A stretch of DNA of 56,351 bases, counting the filler, from Trypethelium eluteriae (lineage: Eukaryota): the NCBI GenBank assembly GCA_051942245.1. It is 3 parts of 3 records of this genome, joined end to end, with 100 filler letters (N's around TTAATTAATTAA, not from the genome) between each part and the next. Parts side by side here need not be neighbours in the genome. Positions count along the whole stretch, not along the records: positions 18,877 to 37,583 come from JAVECL010000551.1; positions 37,684 to 56,351 come from JAVECL010000552.1; 1 more part is not named here. The stretch is one strand, 5' to 3'. This document shows, in pieces, positions 34,235 to 46,300 of the stretch (position 1 is its first letter; every line of letters starts with the position of its first letter). Below the pieces are notes generated by a model, which did not search any database, was not told the origin of the DNA, and was given only the letters and a program-made list of their open reading frames with translations. The position numbers were made by a program, and so were the translations under genes.

Positions 34235-35625
34235 ATGGCAATGGCATCGTCGTCGCGAACTTTGGAAGACTCGTTTGAAAGAGTTCTTAATTTCAACGAT
34301 GAGAACGACGACCAAAGTCAAAGTGGAGTCGCATCTTACAACAAGCAAAAAGTACTAGACATTTTCCCGGAGCTAATATTGTAACGCTTTATTGACTCTC
34401 AACTTCAGGGTTCTCTCTCAACTGCGATGGCAATCTCAGGCCTCGGCTCATCTACGAACGGTACACGCATCAAGCTACCACTCCAAAAGCTCCAAAACCC
34501 TGCCGGCATGAAACCCCCCAACGCACCGGTCACGAAGATTACCCTGCCATCTCAAGCGGCTCAGATGCTGCAAACGAACGGCAGTCAGATCACTACCTCA
34601 GCACGTCCCTCTTCGACCGATTGTACCGCTCTCCAAAGACGCTCTGATCCTCCTTCTAACAACCCACTCTACACACAACCCAGTCCACCGAAACAATGGC
34701 ATCTCGGCATGTTCGAGATCGGCAAGCCGCTCGGCAAGGGAAAATTCGGACGCGTCTACTTGGCACGCGAACGCAGTACACACTTCGTCTGTGCCCTCAA
34801 AGTCCTACACAAATCCGAATTGCAGCAGGGCAAAGTCGAGAAGCAAGTGCGGCGAGAGATCGAGATCCAGAGTAATCTCGCACACCCCAATATCCTGCGC
34901 CTCTACGGGCACTTCCACGACAGTAAACGAATCTTCCTGATCCTGGAATTCGCGGGGAAGGGGGAGCTTTACAAGCACTTGAGGAGGGAGCAGCGGTTCC
35001 CAGAAGCCAAGGCCGCCTCATACATTGCGCAGATGGCTGCCGCATTGTCGTACTTGCACAACAAGCATGTCATGCATCGAGACATCAAGCCGGAGAATAT
35101 CCTCGTAGGTCTGCATGGAGAGATCAAGATTTCGGATTTCGGTTGGAGCGTGCATGCGCCGAATAATCGTCGCAAGACCATGTGCGGAACGTTGGATTAC
35201 TTGCCACCGGAGATGATTAAGGGCGGAGGCAGTGCGGACGGCGGAAATTGGTATAATGAGAAGGTGGACTTGTGGAGCTTAGGAGTCTTGACGTATGAGT
35301 TTTTAGTTGGAGAGGCACCATTTGAGGATACACCAGTGATGACACAGAGGAGGATTGCAAGAGGTGAGATGACGGTACCTGGTTTTGTGAGCAGAGAGGC
35401 CAAGGATTTGATCCATAAGGTAAGTCTTATGTCGAAGGTGTATTTGTTTCGAGAAGCGGAGGAGCTAATGGAAGGATCTGTCAGTTACTCGTCTTGGACC
35501 CGGAGAAGAGGATCCCACTTGAGGATGTTCAGCAGCATCCATGGATCATCAAGCACTGCGTCAGGGGTGAGAGAGCATACCAGCGAAGCTCGGGATCGTC
35601 AAACAAGGAGCGATCAAGCGAGTAA
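34235..35625 (+). CDS. IPL1: Aurora serine/threonine kinase (2 introns)
   Basis: [40 protein letters not shown] and [26 protein letters not shown]. First exon [16 protein letters not shown]; last exon [19 protein letters not shown]; stop at 35623-35625. Confidence 0.96.
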
Positions 35626-35899
35626 CGAGACACGAGCCCATGAATCATTCGATGCGATCGAGCAGGCAGCGTTCTCTCGGTCCCCAGCAATTTTCGATTT
35701 AAATTTGCTCGAGTAAATCATTTACCTGGAGTTGAGTTTGGTATCATGCAGTACAAAGACGCCTTCGCTATGCAAATCCAGGGAAAGGTCCTCCGAGGGC
35801 CCTTTCAGTACACCTTTTCAGTAGGCGTTACAATCCCCCTGAAACCGGTGCGGAACACTCATGCAGACGAAGCTCGGTGTCCTAAGGTTCTTTCTTCCG

Positions 35900-36740
35900 T
35901 CACCTATAAATTTCATCGAACGGTCGTGTATCGTTGAAACAGCTATCCCAAACTTCATTCACTACTCTTGCTGCATGCACATCATCCTGGCAGTTTGGTC
36001 GTTCCGTGACTGACAGAGTGGCCCTCCTCCTGACGCAATCTTGTAGTTTCTGTGTCAGTCCCCATTGGCCACGTCTCCAGACTTCATTAGTGAAGCGGCA
36101 TTCGCCAGACAAAGTAGCGGCGCGGATCTATGCAGTTGCCATCAGTATCGTCTTCCTGCTGTACTCTGCTTCACTAGTAGTAGCATAGGCTTGAACGTAC
36201 CTCTGTGCAAGCTGCATGCCTCAAGTTTCCACCATCAATTTTCCACTTCAGATGATCCCAGCAATGAACCATTTCATGCGCCAGTGTGTCTTCCAAAACT
36301 TTTCTCCGTCTATGATTATTTGAACATAACATTATGCCATATTCTCGACTCGTACCCCCTTGCCGAGCCGTGATGCATCTCCCGCAATGTACATTTGAGG
36401 GATTTATATCGCTGCCAAGTAATTGGATTTGCTCGCGTAGAAATCGTATCATAGGACCTAAGGAAGCGCATGTTAATGAGTGCTGACACGGAGATGGATT
36501 AAGATATAAGAACGTGGGATTAAACGTACTGTGTTGGAAAAGCCATTGCTTCTGCTGTTCACACCGCTCAAAGTCAGGCTTTTCTAGAATAACAGCTCTT
36601 TCTGCTAAGTATCCACTCATCTCTTCGGGCGTTGCTAAGCCTAACATTGCCGAGAACCATGTGCGTGTATTGTAGTATCTTCGGTCTGATATCGCGTCAT
36701 TGCTGGTGTCAGTCGGTGGAAGGTTGTGTGAGTCCCCCAT
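35900..36740 (-). CDS. ATP23: Mitochondrial inner membrane protease Atp23 (peptidase M76), 2 introns
   Basis: [34 protein letters not shown] and [13 protein letters not shown]......[21 protein letters not shown]. Confidence 0.93.
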
Positions 36741-37080
36741 CTTGGTTCACCAATGATTGATTCTGTGGATGCAAGGGGTGGATTCTCATTCCATGGAGGC
36801 CAATCGCTGAGCCTCTGCTGCTCTGAAATTTTCGACAGTGAAGAGCGCCGCCTGTAGTACGGAGTGAGTACAGAGGAAAACACGTTCGGCATCTAGGGTG
36901 CGGGCTGGATTGTTCGACCCTGAGGTAGCGGCATCTGTCATAGATTTATCTCAGTAGCCTCCTTCATAGCTTGAGCCTTGATAGCGTAAGTTCCCTGAGT
37001 GCGCGAGTAACTTGATGCAGCGCTTTCAAATTACGAGACCCAAGGTTCTATCTATATAATTATCTAGTAGCCAGCTAGCC

Positions 37081-37583
37081 ATGACAACAAATGGGTCACA
37101 CTTTCCACCTCCAGCACAAACTGTACACTCGTTGAACCCAGAAGCCGGTGTCGACTCAATCACACAGCATGGTTTCACGATCAAGACGAGGAAGCTACCA
37201 ATTCTCAAGGCTGGTCCTATAGAAAAAATGACCGAGCAATTGGGCATTACTCCTCCAGAAATGATATTCGGCGACAATTACGTGGAAATATCGCACCAAG
37301 CGAGTGGATGGAGCATTAACTTCAACACCTACGACGCCCTCGATCTAGTTGACAAGACCGGCAACGAAATGCTCAAAGTTGCACACTCTAAAGAGTGGCA
37401 AACCAGCCGGTATATTCCTCCTTCCACCCATCCATAACGCTTCTTCCCTTGACTAATATCCGCCCAGCCAACACCACAACGAAGAAATCACCCAAGTCGT
37501 GAAGCCCTTCGACTGGTCCTACACCACCCCCTACCACGGCACCGTCACCTCCTCCTCCTCACCACCAGCATCTCCCCCGCAAC
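37081..37583 (+). CDS. TIP41: Type 2A phosphatase activator Tip41, 5' part (truncated by the gap)
   Basis: KLPILKAGPIE, LGITPPEMIFGDN and LKVAHSKEWQ; after an intron, VVKPFDWSYTTPY.G. Confidence 0.92.
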
Positions 37584-37683
37584 NNNNNNNNNNNNNNNNN
37601 NNNNNNNNNNNNNNNNNNNNNNNNNNNTTAATTAATTAANNNNNNNNNNNNNNNNNNNNNNNNNNNNNNNNNNNNNNNNNNNN
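37584..37683. other. Artificial scaffold/contig linker
   Basis: N44 + TTAATTAATTAA + N44. Confidence 0.97.
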
Positions 37684-39489
37684 CCCCCCAATTCCGCCCC
37701 CCCTTCCGCTTCCGCTTCCATCCCCGCAATCGCCCTCTCGTCCTCCTCCGCCTCCGCAATCGCCGCCTCGCCATCCACTTCCTGCGCCTCAAGCGGCTGC
37801 GTCGGATCATACTGCCCTTTCCTCGGCTTAACCCAGGGGCTCAGATGCGGCGGCAGCGTCGTCCCCGGCGCATACAGGTCCGGTCGGAGGAGCTTGCCCG
37901 CATTGACGCAATCCCAGACCCACTGCGGCTGGACATAAGTTCTGTTGGGATAACGCTGGTTTAGGCGTGGCGCCAAGGTGGGTTGCGCGTCGTCTGCGTC
38001 TGCGCCTGCGCCTGCATCTTTTTCGCCGTCGTTGTTGGTGTTGTTGGTATTGTTGGCGCCGTTGGCGATGTCTGTGGGGTCGTTGTCGTCGTGGTGCTCG
38101 GGTGGCAGGGCGGAGACGGGGAGAGGCGGGCGGTCGACGACTTGGTGCGTGATGCTGGGGTCGCTTTCGGCGGTGGTGAAGGCGCCGTCGCCGAGGACGG
38201 TGTCCCAGCCTACGCGTTTGCAGCCGAAGGCTTTGAGGAGGAATTCGAGCGGTTGGCGCGGAGTTTCGCGGGAGAGGTAGAAGGTGAATGGGGCGAAGAG
38301 GGAGGCTGCTTCGTTGCTGCTGACTTGTGGTTGGGGAAGGGTGTCGGCATCCTGGACGGCGGGTTCGAAGGTGTCGATTTCAGCAGTAAGTTCGGAGACT
38401 TCTAAGGGTGATGGTTGTGGGGACCCTTCATGAGTTAGGGCAGAAGACTGATCTTCCAGCTCGTTAGAGGCGGCGAGACGATCGACTTCTGCTTGAGCTG
38501 CTGCTGAGCCGTCGGTCTCTTCAGAAGATCCATTGATACCGTTTGATATTCGACGTGGCTGTTGGGATTCCGTGAGGCCTTGACCTTCCAGAGTGAAAGC
38601 TCCAAGTTCGCCTCCACGATCATCGGCGTTGATATTGAATTTTGGCGGATATTTCAAACCTACGGATGTGTAGAGGCGGTAGTTGACGAAGCCGAGAAGT
38701 GTCGTATAGAATTCAACGAACGTTCCCATAATCCGGAAATCGATATCCCCACTTGTCCGCTGAACAAACTTGTACGGCACAAGCCATAGTATGTCTTGTC
38801 CTTGTATTGTCGCTTGATAATAGATACCTTTGATCGATAGGAAGGACTTTCGTAGTGAGTGCGAAACTATCAGATAATGTTCAAATTCCAGGCACAGCCT
38901 TTGGCACAATGCAACGGTCTTAGCAGGTACGGCGGAGGTGGAGGGAAGATTCGCGAAGAGGAACAGCATAGACAGTGCGTCATCTAGATCGCGGAGCGCA
39001 TCGACAAACGTAGGATATCGCTCTTTGATGATATGGTCAAGAGCTATCCGTGGTGTGAGATTTTTCTCAAGCCGTGCTGCATCACCGATCTCGCCTCGGC
39101 CCAGGGCTCGTGCAATCTTCTTTGCTAAAGCCTTGTGCTCGCGGAATTTCTTAAGAAGAGGCTCGTGAAGTAGATATTGGACATCTCTCGTGTAGTAGAA
39201 AGTGGTTGAAGGCGTGGAGGATTTGGAGGCCTTCTTCTTGTTGCGTGGCTCTCGAGGATAAATTCCTTGATTGTATCAATATTAGCGACTTCGGTATTCA
39301 ATCGAAGAAGAGGAAATCTACCCTTGAATATGCATAACCGTCTGAAGTCTGGCAGCGATATCTGGAGCTTGCGCACTGCCTGAGTTCTCGTAATGAAGTT
39401 TTTGGCTTGACCAGATGTCCCTTAACGAAGTTAGTCGAGGAACCAGATTGAGCAACGCGGGATATACCTTTCTTCTTTATCCTCGCCAT
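37684..39489 (-). CDS. NOP7: Pescadillo homolog, 60S biogenesis factor (introns 39421-39467 and 39266-39321; 3' end lost in the gap)
   Basis: [58 protein letters not shown], and BRCT region ITHQVVDRP...[12 protein letters not shown]...PPHLSPW. Confidence 0.96.
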
Positions 39490-39698
39490 GATGTCAAACT
39501 GCCTTCAGTGGGGGGGTTTTTTCATCCAAGCGCCACAGATGGAATTTCTCTCCACAAAGATCGATATCCTGTGGTCTGTGCTCACCTCCGCGGCGACACG
39601 GATCGACCTACGAATCAATCTCACTAAATGACGAGAACGACTCAAGCTCACTGGATATCGTGACTCAAGAGATGTGGCGGTGACGTTGACATTTTCAA

Positions 39699-41209
39699 AT
39701 GGCCATTGATCGCCGGAAAGCAGTCCTATATGGATCTGCGGCAGCTATTCGTCTCTTCTTATTTACCGTCTTCCCTTCTCTCCCTGATCTTTTAACTGGA
39801 CGGGTTGAAATCTCGACGCCGGTGACGAGCTTTAAGAGATGTGTGTGCTTATATGAAATTGCTCTACTCCAAATATACTGACAAGCGTCTCAAATGCAGT
39901 GCAAGAAGGCTTATTCCTCTACACGCACAATGTCTCTCCTTACGATGGCGGCGTCTTTCACCAAGTATGATGGGTTGCAGCCTATTTGAAAACCTCATGT
40001 CTGACAGCTCTACAGGCGCCGCTTTTGCTTCCTCTATTCTCCTTACTTCCAGACCTAAAGCAATATCCCTTTGCGACCAATGTTCTATACACGGCGGTCG
40101 ATTTGCTTTGCGCGAATGCACTCATGGAGTTGGCACAGACCGGTCAAGCGACATCGTCACGTTATTTCACATCGCCTAGAAAAAGGATGACATGGAGTGC
40201 GGTCTCAATTGGCGCCAGGTGAGACACGAAAGCATAGCTGCTTAAAGATTTGGGTTGAACTAATCTAACTTTCACCAGCTTTCTCTTCAACCCTTTTACT
40301 ATCCTAACCTGTCTGGCCCGACCTACCAGCGTCTTCACCAATCTCTTCATTACTCTCGCTACCACAAAGGCCGCGCAAGGAGCTACTTCGACATACATCA
40401 TTGCTCTCTCGTTCGCCTCCTACCTCTCGCTCTATCCCGTTCTCCTCTTCCCACCCCTAGCTATCCTCTGCTATGATCGCCAAGCCTCCCTGACAACCAA
40501 AACCGATAGATCTTCCAGTCCCATTACTTTCACAATTACCCACGTTAGTGCTCTTGCGGCCGGTATTGGTGCTCTTCTCTACCTATCCTATTTCCTCACT
40601 GGCTTTTCTTGGGAATTCATCCCCTCCACCTACGGCGTGCAGCTGCTTCTCCCTGACCTCACTCCTAACGTGGGACTTTGGTGGTACTTTTTCACTGAAA
40701 TGTTCGACAGCTTCCGAGAGTTCTTTCTGGGCGTCTTCTGGCTGCATATGGCGTCGTATGTCGGTGGACTGAGCTTCCGTCTCAGAAACCAGCCGTTGTT
40801 CGTTGTAACAACCTTATTAGGCATTTTTGCGGTGTACCAGCCATACCCAAGCATTTCGGACACGAGTCTATATTTTGCATTTCTCGCCCTGTATCGACAT
40901 ATTATACCATGTAAGTGTCGTCTCCATTCCCATTCACTGATTCAGACGCTGATCTTGGCGGCAACAACAGTAATGCGGTATTCGTTCTTCCTTGTTGCAG
41001 CATTGCTGTATGCATCGTTTCTGGGCCCGGCGTTCTACTACTTGTGGGTATATGCTGGATCCGGGAATGCCAACTTCTTCTATGCCATCACTCTTGTTTG
41101 GAGTCTAGGCCTATCCTTCATCGTCGCGGATTCACTCTATGCAGTTCTACGGGACGAGTGGGAGGTGGAACGGCCGGAGATGCGAGGAAAAGAAGCCAGG
41201 CAAATATAG
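39699..41209 (+). CDS. GAB1: GPI transamidase subunit PIG-U (about 4 introns)
   Basis: RVEISTPVTSFKR|LQEGLFLY..NVSPYDGGVFHQ, LFNPFT, DLTPNVGLWWYFFTEMFDSFR and AGSGNANFFYAITLVW. Confidence 0.93.
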
Positions 41210-41249
41210 CTCATTCGAATTATCAATTTACATTCCTGGTCTCCGTGCC

Positions 41250-41942
41250 TCAGACCGCCTTTGACATGATAATGTAGTCCGGCCTCTTGACGACACCATT
41301 TCTCAAAATCTTCGGTGCTGGACTATACTCGTCGTCTGTATATCCTATCTTCCGGTAGAAACTCTCAGCGGCTTCGTTTGACGTGAACACTGTCAACATG
41401 ACTTTCTCTAGGCCAACTTTACTCGCAATCTCTTCGGCATAGTGCATAAGTTTTCTACCTATGCCATGCTTACGTAGACAGGGCCCAAGATGGATCTCGT
41501 AGATATAAAGTACCTCGTAATCATCTTCCTCGGTGATCATGAATGAAAGGAACCCCTCCACTACAGCTTTGTCAGATGCCTTATCATCGGAAGCCTGCGC
41601 TCCCTCATTCTGTAGCAAATTGTCCTGCTGCACAAGTAGATAACGCATGTCCTTGTCGCTCATTTCTTGCTCCTTAGCCTTTGGTTTCCAGCCTCGAGAC
41701 GATGATTTGTAGGCCGCCGCCGAAGTAAGCTCGACAAGTTTGAAACAGGCCATTGATTCGGCCTGTGAGAGTTCTTCGGCGTAGCGAAAGTTGACTCCAT
41801 AAGCTTTACTCTCTATGGCAAAGAGAGAAAGCTTGGCAGGAAGGTACTTGCAGGAGAAGGTCGCCGAAGAGAAATGATTTGTAACTTCAACAATCGGTTG
41901 ATCTCGCTCCTCTTTGATGTGAGAGGATTGTAAGACGCCCAT
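41250..41942 (-). CDS. NAT4: GNAT N-alpha-acetyltransferase 40 (histone H4/H2A; Nat4-like)
   Basis: CF.LVE.TS..AY..SS.GW....K..EM...DMRYL, VLYIYEIHL....RKHGIG, KVMLTVF.SN..A..FY.K.GY..DEYSP and YIIMSK. Confidence 0.85.
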   Translation of the reverse strand: MGVLQSSHIKEERDQPIVEVTNHFSSATFSCKYLPAKLSLFAIESKAYGVNFRYAEELSQAESMACFKLVELTSAAAYKSSSRGWKPKAKEQEMSDKDMRYLLVQQDNLLQNEGAQASDDKASDKAVVEGFLSFMITEEDDYEVLYIYEIHLGPCLRKHGIGRKLMHYAEEIASKVGLEKVMLTVFTSNEAAESFYRKIGYTDDEYSPAPKILRNGVVKRPDYIIMSKAV

Positions 41943-42175
41943 ACTTTGTGAACAGATTTGAGCGGTACATAAAGCTGTGGGTGTATAAATCGATTGTAGT
42001 AAGTGTGTCGCGCTTCAGAGGACGCGCCGAGTCGTGACCGCGTTCTGAGATTAATCGATCGAATGACGTCAGACTTTATGGCCCGTTTTTCCTAGGCCCT
42101 TTTCCCCATTGAATGATAAGAACAAAGGCATTTAAGTTGTAGGTCTAGTGCTGAGGAGAGAGCTAGCTGCAGGTA

Positions 42176-42732
42176 ATGAGGTTTGGGCGTCTCAATTCGT
42201 CCCTACAGGCCCGCAGGGCCTATGCCACGGTCCAAAACTCGCGCCCTTCGCGGTTGAAGAGTAATGTAGTTGATCTCGATCACGTACGCATAGAGAGGAA
42301 GAAGAGGGGCTTGAAGACATTACTAATAGATCGCCAGTTCCTCCAAAGGCAACGCGCTCTGGCACTGTGGAGGGATATTGTACGTGCTATTCGATGTAGG
42401 ATAAAATCCTCGGATCAGATTCACCATGAGTTCTAATGTGATGGTGCTAGCGGTTCCGAACTCCTCCACGAAATATGAACTCCGGCGATACGCCAGAGCA
42501 GAGTTTGAACGGAACAAGCAAGTGACAGATATCGTACGTTGATTGCAGCGTTCTTTCAAGATATTCTTGCTATAAAGTAGCTCACATAATTCAGGCCCAT
42601 ATCCGCTATCTCATCTCGGTATGAAAAGGGATCACACGCTATTTATGCATACTTCGTCTTCTGACACCAGGACAGACGGGGAAGACCGAATTCGACGGAA
42701 TGAAGAGATACATTGAAGAGCAGGCTCAATAG
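42176..42732 (+). CDS. Mitochondrial LYR-motif protein (LYRM2-like), 4 introns
   Basis: Spliced: ...DLDH|FLQRQRALALWRDIVRAI|..P...TKYELRRYARAEFERNKQVTDI|AHIRYLIS|TGKTEFDGMKRYIEEQAQ*. Confidence 0.85.
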
Positions 42733-43346
42733 TCAAACCACCAGTGGCGGTTGGATATCTTCCAAGCTGGACAGAGGTTGCTCAAGGCACTTCAAAGGAG
42801 CGCTTTGGACTTCTCATGAGTAGACACTGCTTCTGCTATCCTAACGTCTTTCTTTGTAGATTAGAAATGGTAGAATTGACCAAATGTAAATGAGGACCGC
42901 TCTACGGAGCAATGATTATTGGATCCTCACTCAGCATCTGCTAAACCTCTAGATTGGCGTTCTGCATCACACCGTGAGAATGAGTCTTCGACTCAATAGA
43001 AGACAAGGACACATACTAAAACAAAGGACAGTCTAGTAGTCAATCACATAGAAAGGCGGGAATGTACCTTATACCCTGGTGTATGAACTTGGAAGGTTTA
43101 GCGGTTGATTCAAGCTATTACTTAAGCGATTCACATGCATCAACTTAGTGGCTGCCCGCCGGTGAACTTGCAGAATCCAGGACGCCATTACCCCGAAATC
43201 TTTCCAGAAGCAATAATTCAAACGCCATACGCCATCAGCCCGCCTGAGAGCCCAAGCCTAGATCCAAAAGCCTTTGAGCATCATGAGACGGCCCTACTCC
43301 ACATCATGCTTCCAAAAATCATAGCATTTCAGCTGATGCCTAAGTC

Positions 43347-46300
43347 ATGTCCGGCCGCGCCAGAGATAGGGCGGCCAGGTCTTCTACTTCCTCTCCACCC
43401 TCCGTTGCCTCTTCCTCTACCGTGAGCTCGAGATTAGTACGCAAATCCCAAGAAGTCGGGGGACCCGTCGGCATCGCTGGACGCAAACAATCGCCTGGGA
43501 AATTGGGCTGGCAGACTGCGCCTCCTCAGAACGATGAGCAATATCTACAGGCAAGAGGCTATCTTGATAATAGCGCAATAACCACAAGTACATTGCGGCA
43601 AGATCAAAACCGAAAAAGTGGAGGATTCCTGTTGTCGCCGGCCTTCAATGCCAAGCAGCGCCTTCCCACTGAGCCATCGACGCAGAGCCATGCTGGCAAG
43701 GGCAAAGGGCGAGCAGACGGCGCCTTGTCTGCTAGTGGACAGAGCATAGGAGGAGATTCTTCTCATCATTCAAGCAATGGACCCGACACCCGCTCTTCCG
43801 ACAAACGGCATTCGCAATTCGCCCAGCTCAGGCATAGCAACTCAGGAGCAGAACAACAGTCTGGAAGAACAAATGGCACAATTGGAATGGGAGCAAATGG
43901 AGCCAATGTTGGCGGAGACCTACAGGGAATGCGAAAGATAAGAAGTACGGACAAGACACGTCATGCAAGTCAAGCTTCGCCTCTTCGACAGCCTGGCATG
44001 GACCCAACAGAAATCGTAAACATGGCACTGAATCTGAGCGAGAGTCGGCGGAGACATTTGAGCGCTGGAAGGCTTGCCTCGATGCCTATCTCTAGTGGAA
44101 GACGGGTCGCTTCTGCTGGCCTGCCACAGCCCAATTTTCCCCTTCAGGGAAGCTATCGAGCCAACGAGTCAGGGAACCTTCTTCAACAGCATCTCCAAAA
44201 ACAGGTGTACTCCTCGCGGGGAGTCTCTCCCGCAAGCGCAAGACCGGATTCATACGTTTCCACCGGTTCCAATACATCCACACCCCTCGACCTGTCATCT
44301 GATTCTCCTGTGGCCTTTGACCAACCAATAGGATATGGCTTCCATTTTTCCGCTGGAACAATTGCTCGAGCAGAAAAGGCTCGTAAAGCCATCGAATTAT
44401 CAATTGAATTCAGGCGACTCTTACAATTTCTTCCCCCACTGCAACCCGATTCATCTCTACCGAGCAACAATATGGTGACAACCACCAGTCACCCAGGATC
44501 AGCAACTGTTGAAGTCAGCAGAGTCTCCTCTCATGCCGATCAAGAGCGTCCCCTTGGTCGATCCTACAATCCTCTACAATTGATTCGTAATCGAAAGGTT
44601 AGAGCTCGAGAGCGCAGGCAACTTGACCTGGATGCAGGGATGTGGGATGATGTGGAAATGGCAAAATGCTGGATAGACACTGTGGAGGAACAGTCTCGGT
44701 GTCCAGGCTATCGCATGCAAGATTCTGTCGCGCTTCCCGAATTGGATTATGAAATACATAATAAAGGCCCAAAAGAACAACAAACGGGACTGTCAGCGAA
44801 AACAAAAAGGACGAGGCTGGACTGGACATTCCAGCCTTGCGAGGCCTTTGCAGATGCTTACTGGATGGAACGTGGTGATAACAAAAGCTCTATTGAAGAT
44901 AGGCATGGGCACAAATTGTTTCCTGACTACAAATCTCCGTCCGTTAAAGATTTCTCCATCGACACTCAGTCTGCCCATGATATGCGACACAAGCGTAAAG
45001 ACTATGCTGAGCCTATGAGTGCATCTTCCTCTATAGCTTCACCAGATGCTCGTGAAGACACAAGAGGTCGCACCCACAAACGACGGAATTTCCTTCATTT
45101 ACCGATCCACGATACACATGGCAAATTCAAAAGAAGATCGTGGCATCGCAGCCCAAGTAGATCAAGCACTTCCACAAATCTCTCAAGCTCCGAAGAAGAA
45201 GGTAGTGGAGGCAATAAGAACCCAACGATCAAGATTTCCGCTAAGGATGAGGATACTGGTCCGTTGGCAAGGCACATGGATACTCTCATGCAATCGGAAA
45301 AAGCAGAGGCTACGGGTATCTCACCGATATCCCCAGACCATTGGGATAGCCAGCAGGCGAGACGTCCGATATCCAATCGATTTGACAATCATATAGACTC
45401 ATCTACGACAGGTGACTCGGCCAGTCCGCGGGATCACCGTCACTGGCCAACGTCGAAATTCTTTGAGTTTCCCAAAAGGCCAAAACGCGGAGTTAAAGAA
45501 GACACAGACCGACAGCCTCGATCGTCACTTGATACGCTTGATTCGACTGCGCCGAACAGTCCCAATTTCAAACATTCTATGCCAGGGATAAGCATGGACC
45601 TGTCTCCCCCATCGACAGCTGTGGATGGCACGGCGAACAAGCACAAAAAGCCAAAATTCTCCTTTCTTCATCACGGCGATGACAAAGCAAAGTACAATAT
45701 CGAATCAAATGACTTTGCAGTCTCGTCTCAAGGGAAACACGCGTCCCGGCTTTCTGCTGATGAAACGCGTGTACAGAATCGCTCCAGTCTCGAGGTTCCT
45801 AGACCTACAAGGCTACGGCATGTTCGTTCGCGGACTGCAGACGAGAGCTCATCTCTTCGCGATGCTAAGGATCGCATCGCCGAGAAAGAGTTGGATGAAG
45901 ACAGAGAGCCTCCTTCTGCAGTCGAGCGATTTTTTAAGAGCAGCCGTATGAGAGATCTAGTCCGCTCAGAAGGGTCAAAGCTCAGCGATCGTATTAGAAG
46001 GAACAATGCTTCCAACGATGGCTCGAAGGCAACTGAGGACTCTGTCGGCCTGGCTGACGTCTCGCCATATACTTCAGAAGAGGAAGGCGATATGCCACAG
46101 CGAGAATCAAAACCTCGCCCCTTCCCGGTCTATGATGAGACAACTGAAACGGATGACGAAAAGCAAGTCGGTCGTCGTGAACCGCAGTATCATATGGCAA
46201 ATCTGCCTTCGTTCAAACACTCTTCTGCTCTTGAGAAGATCAGCACGGTGGGCTCAACATCAGCGCAGGTAGACGATCCAATTTCAAGCCAGCAACGCTT

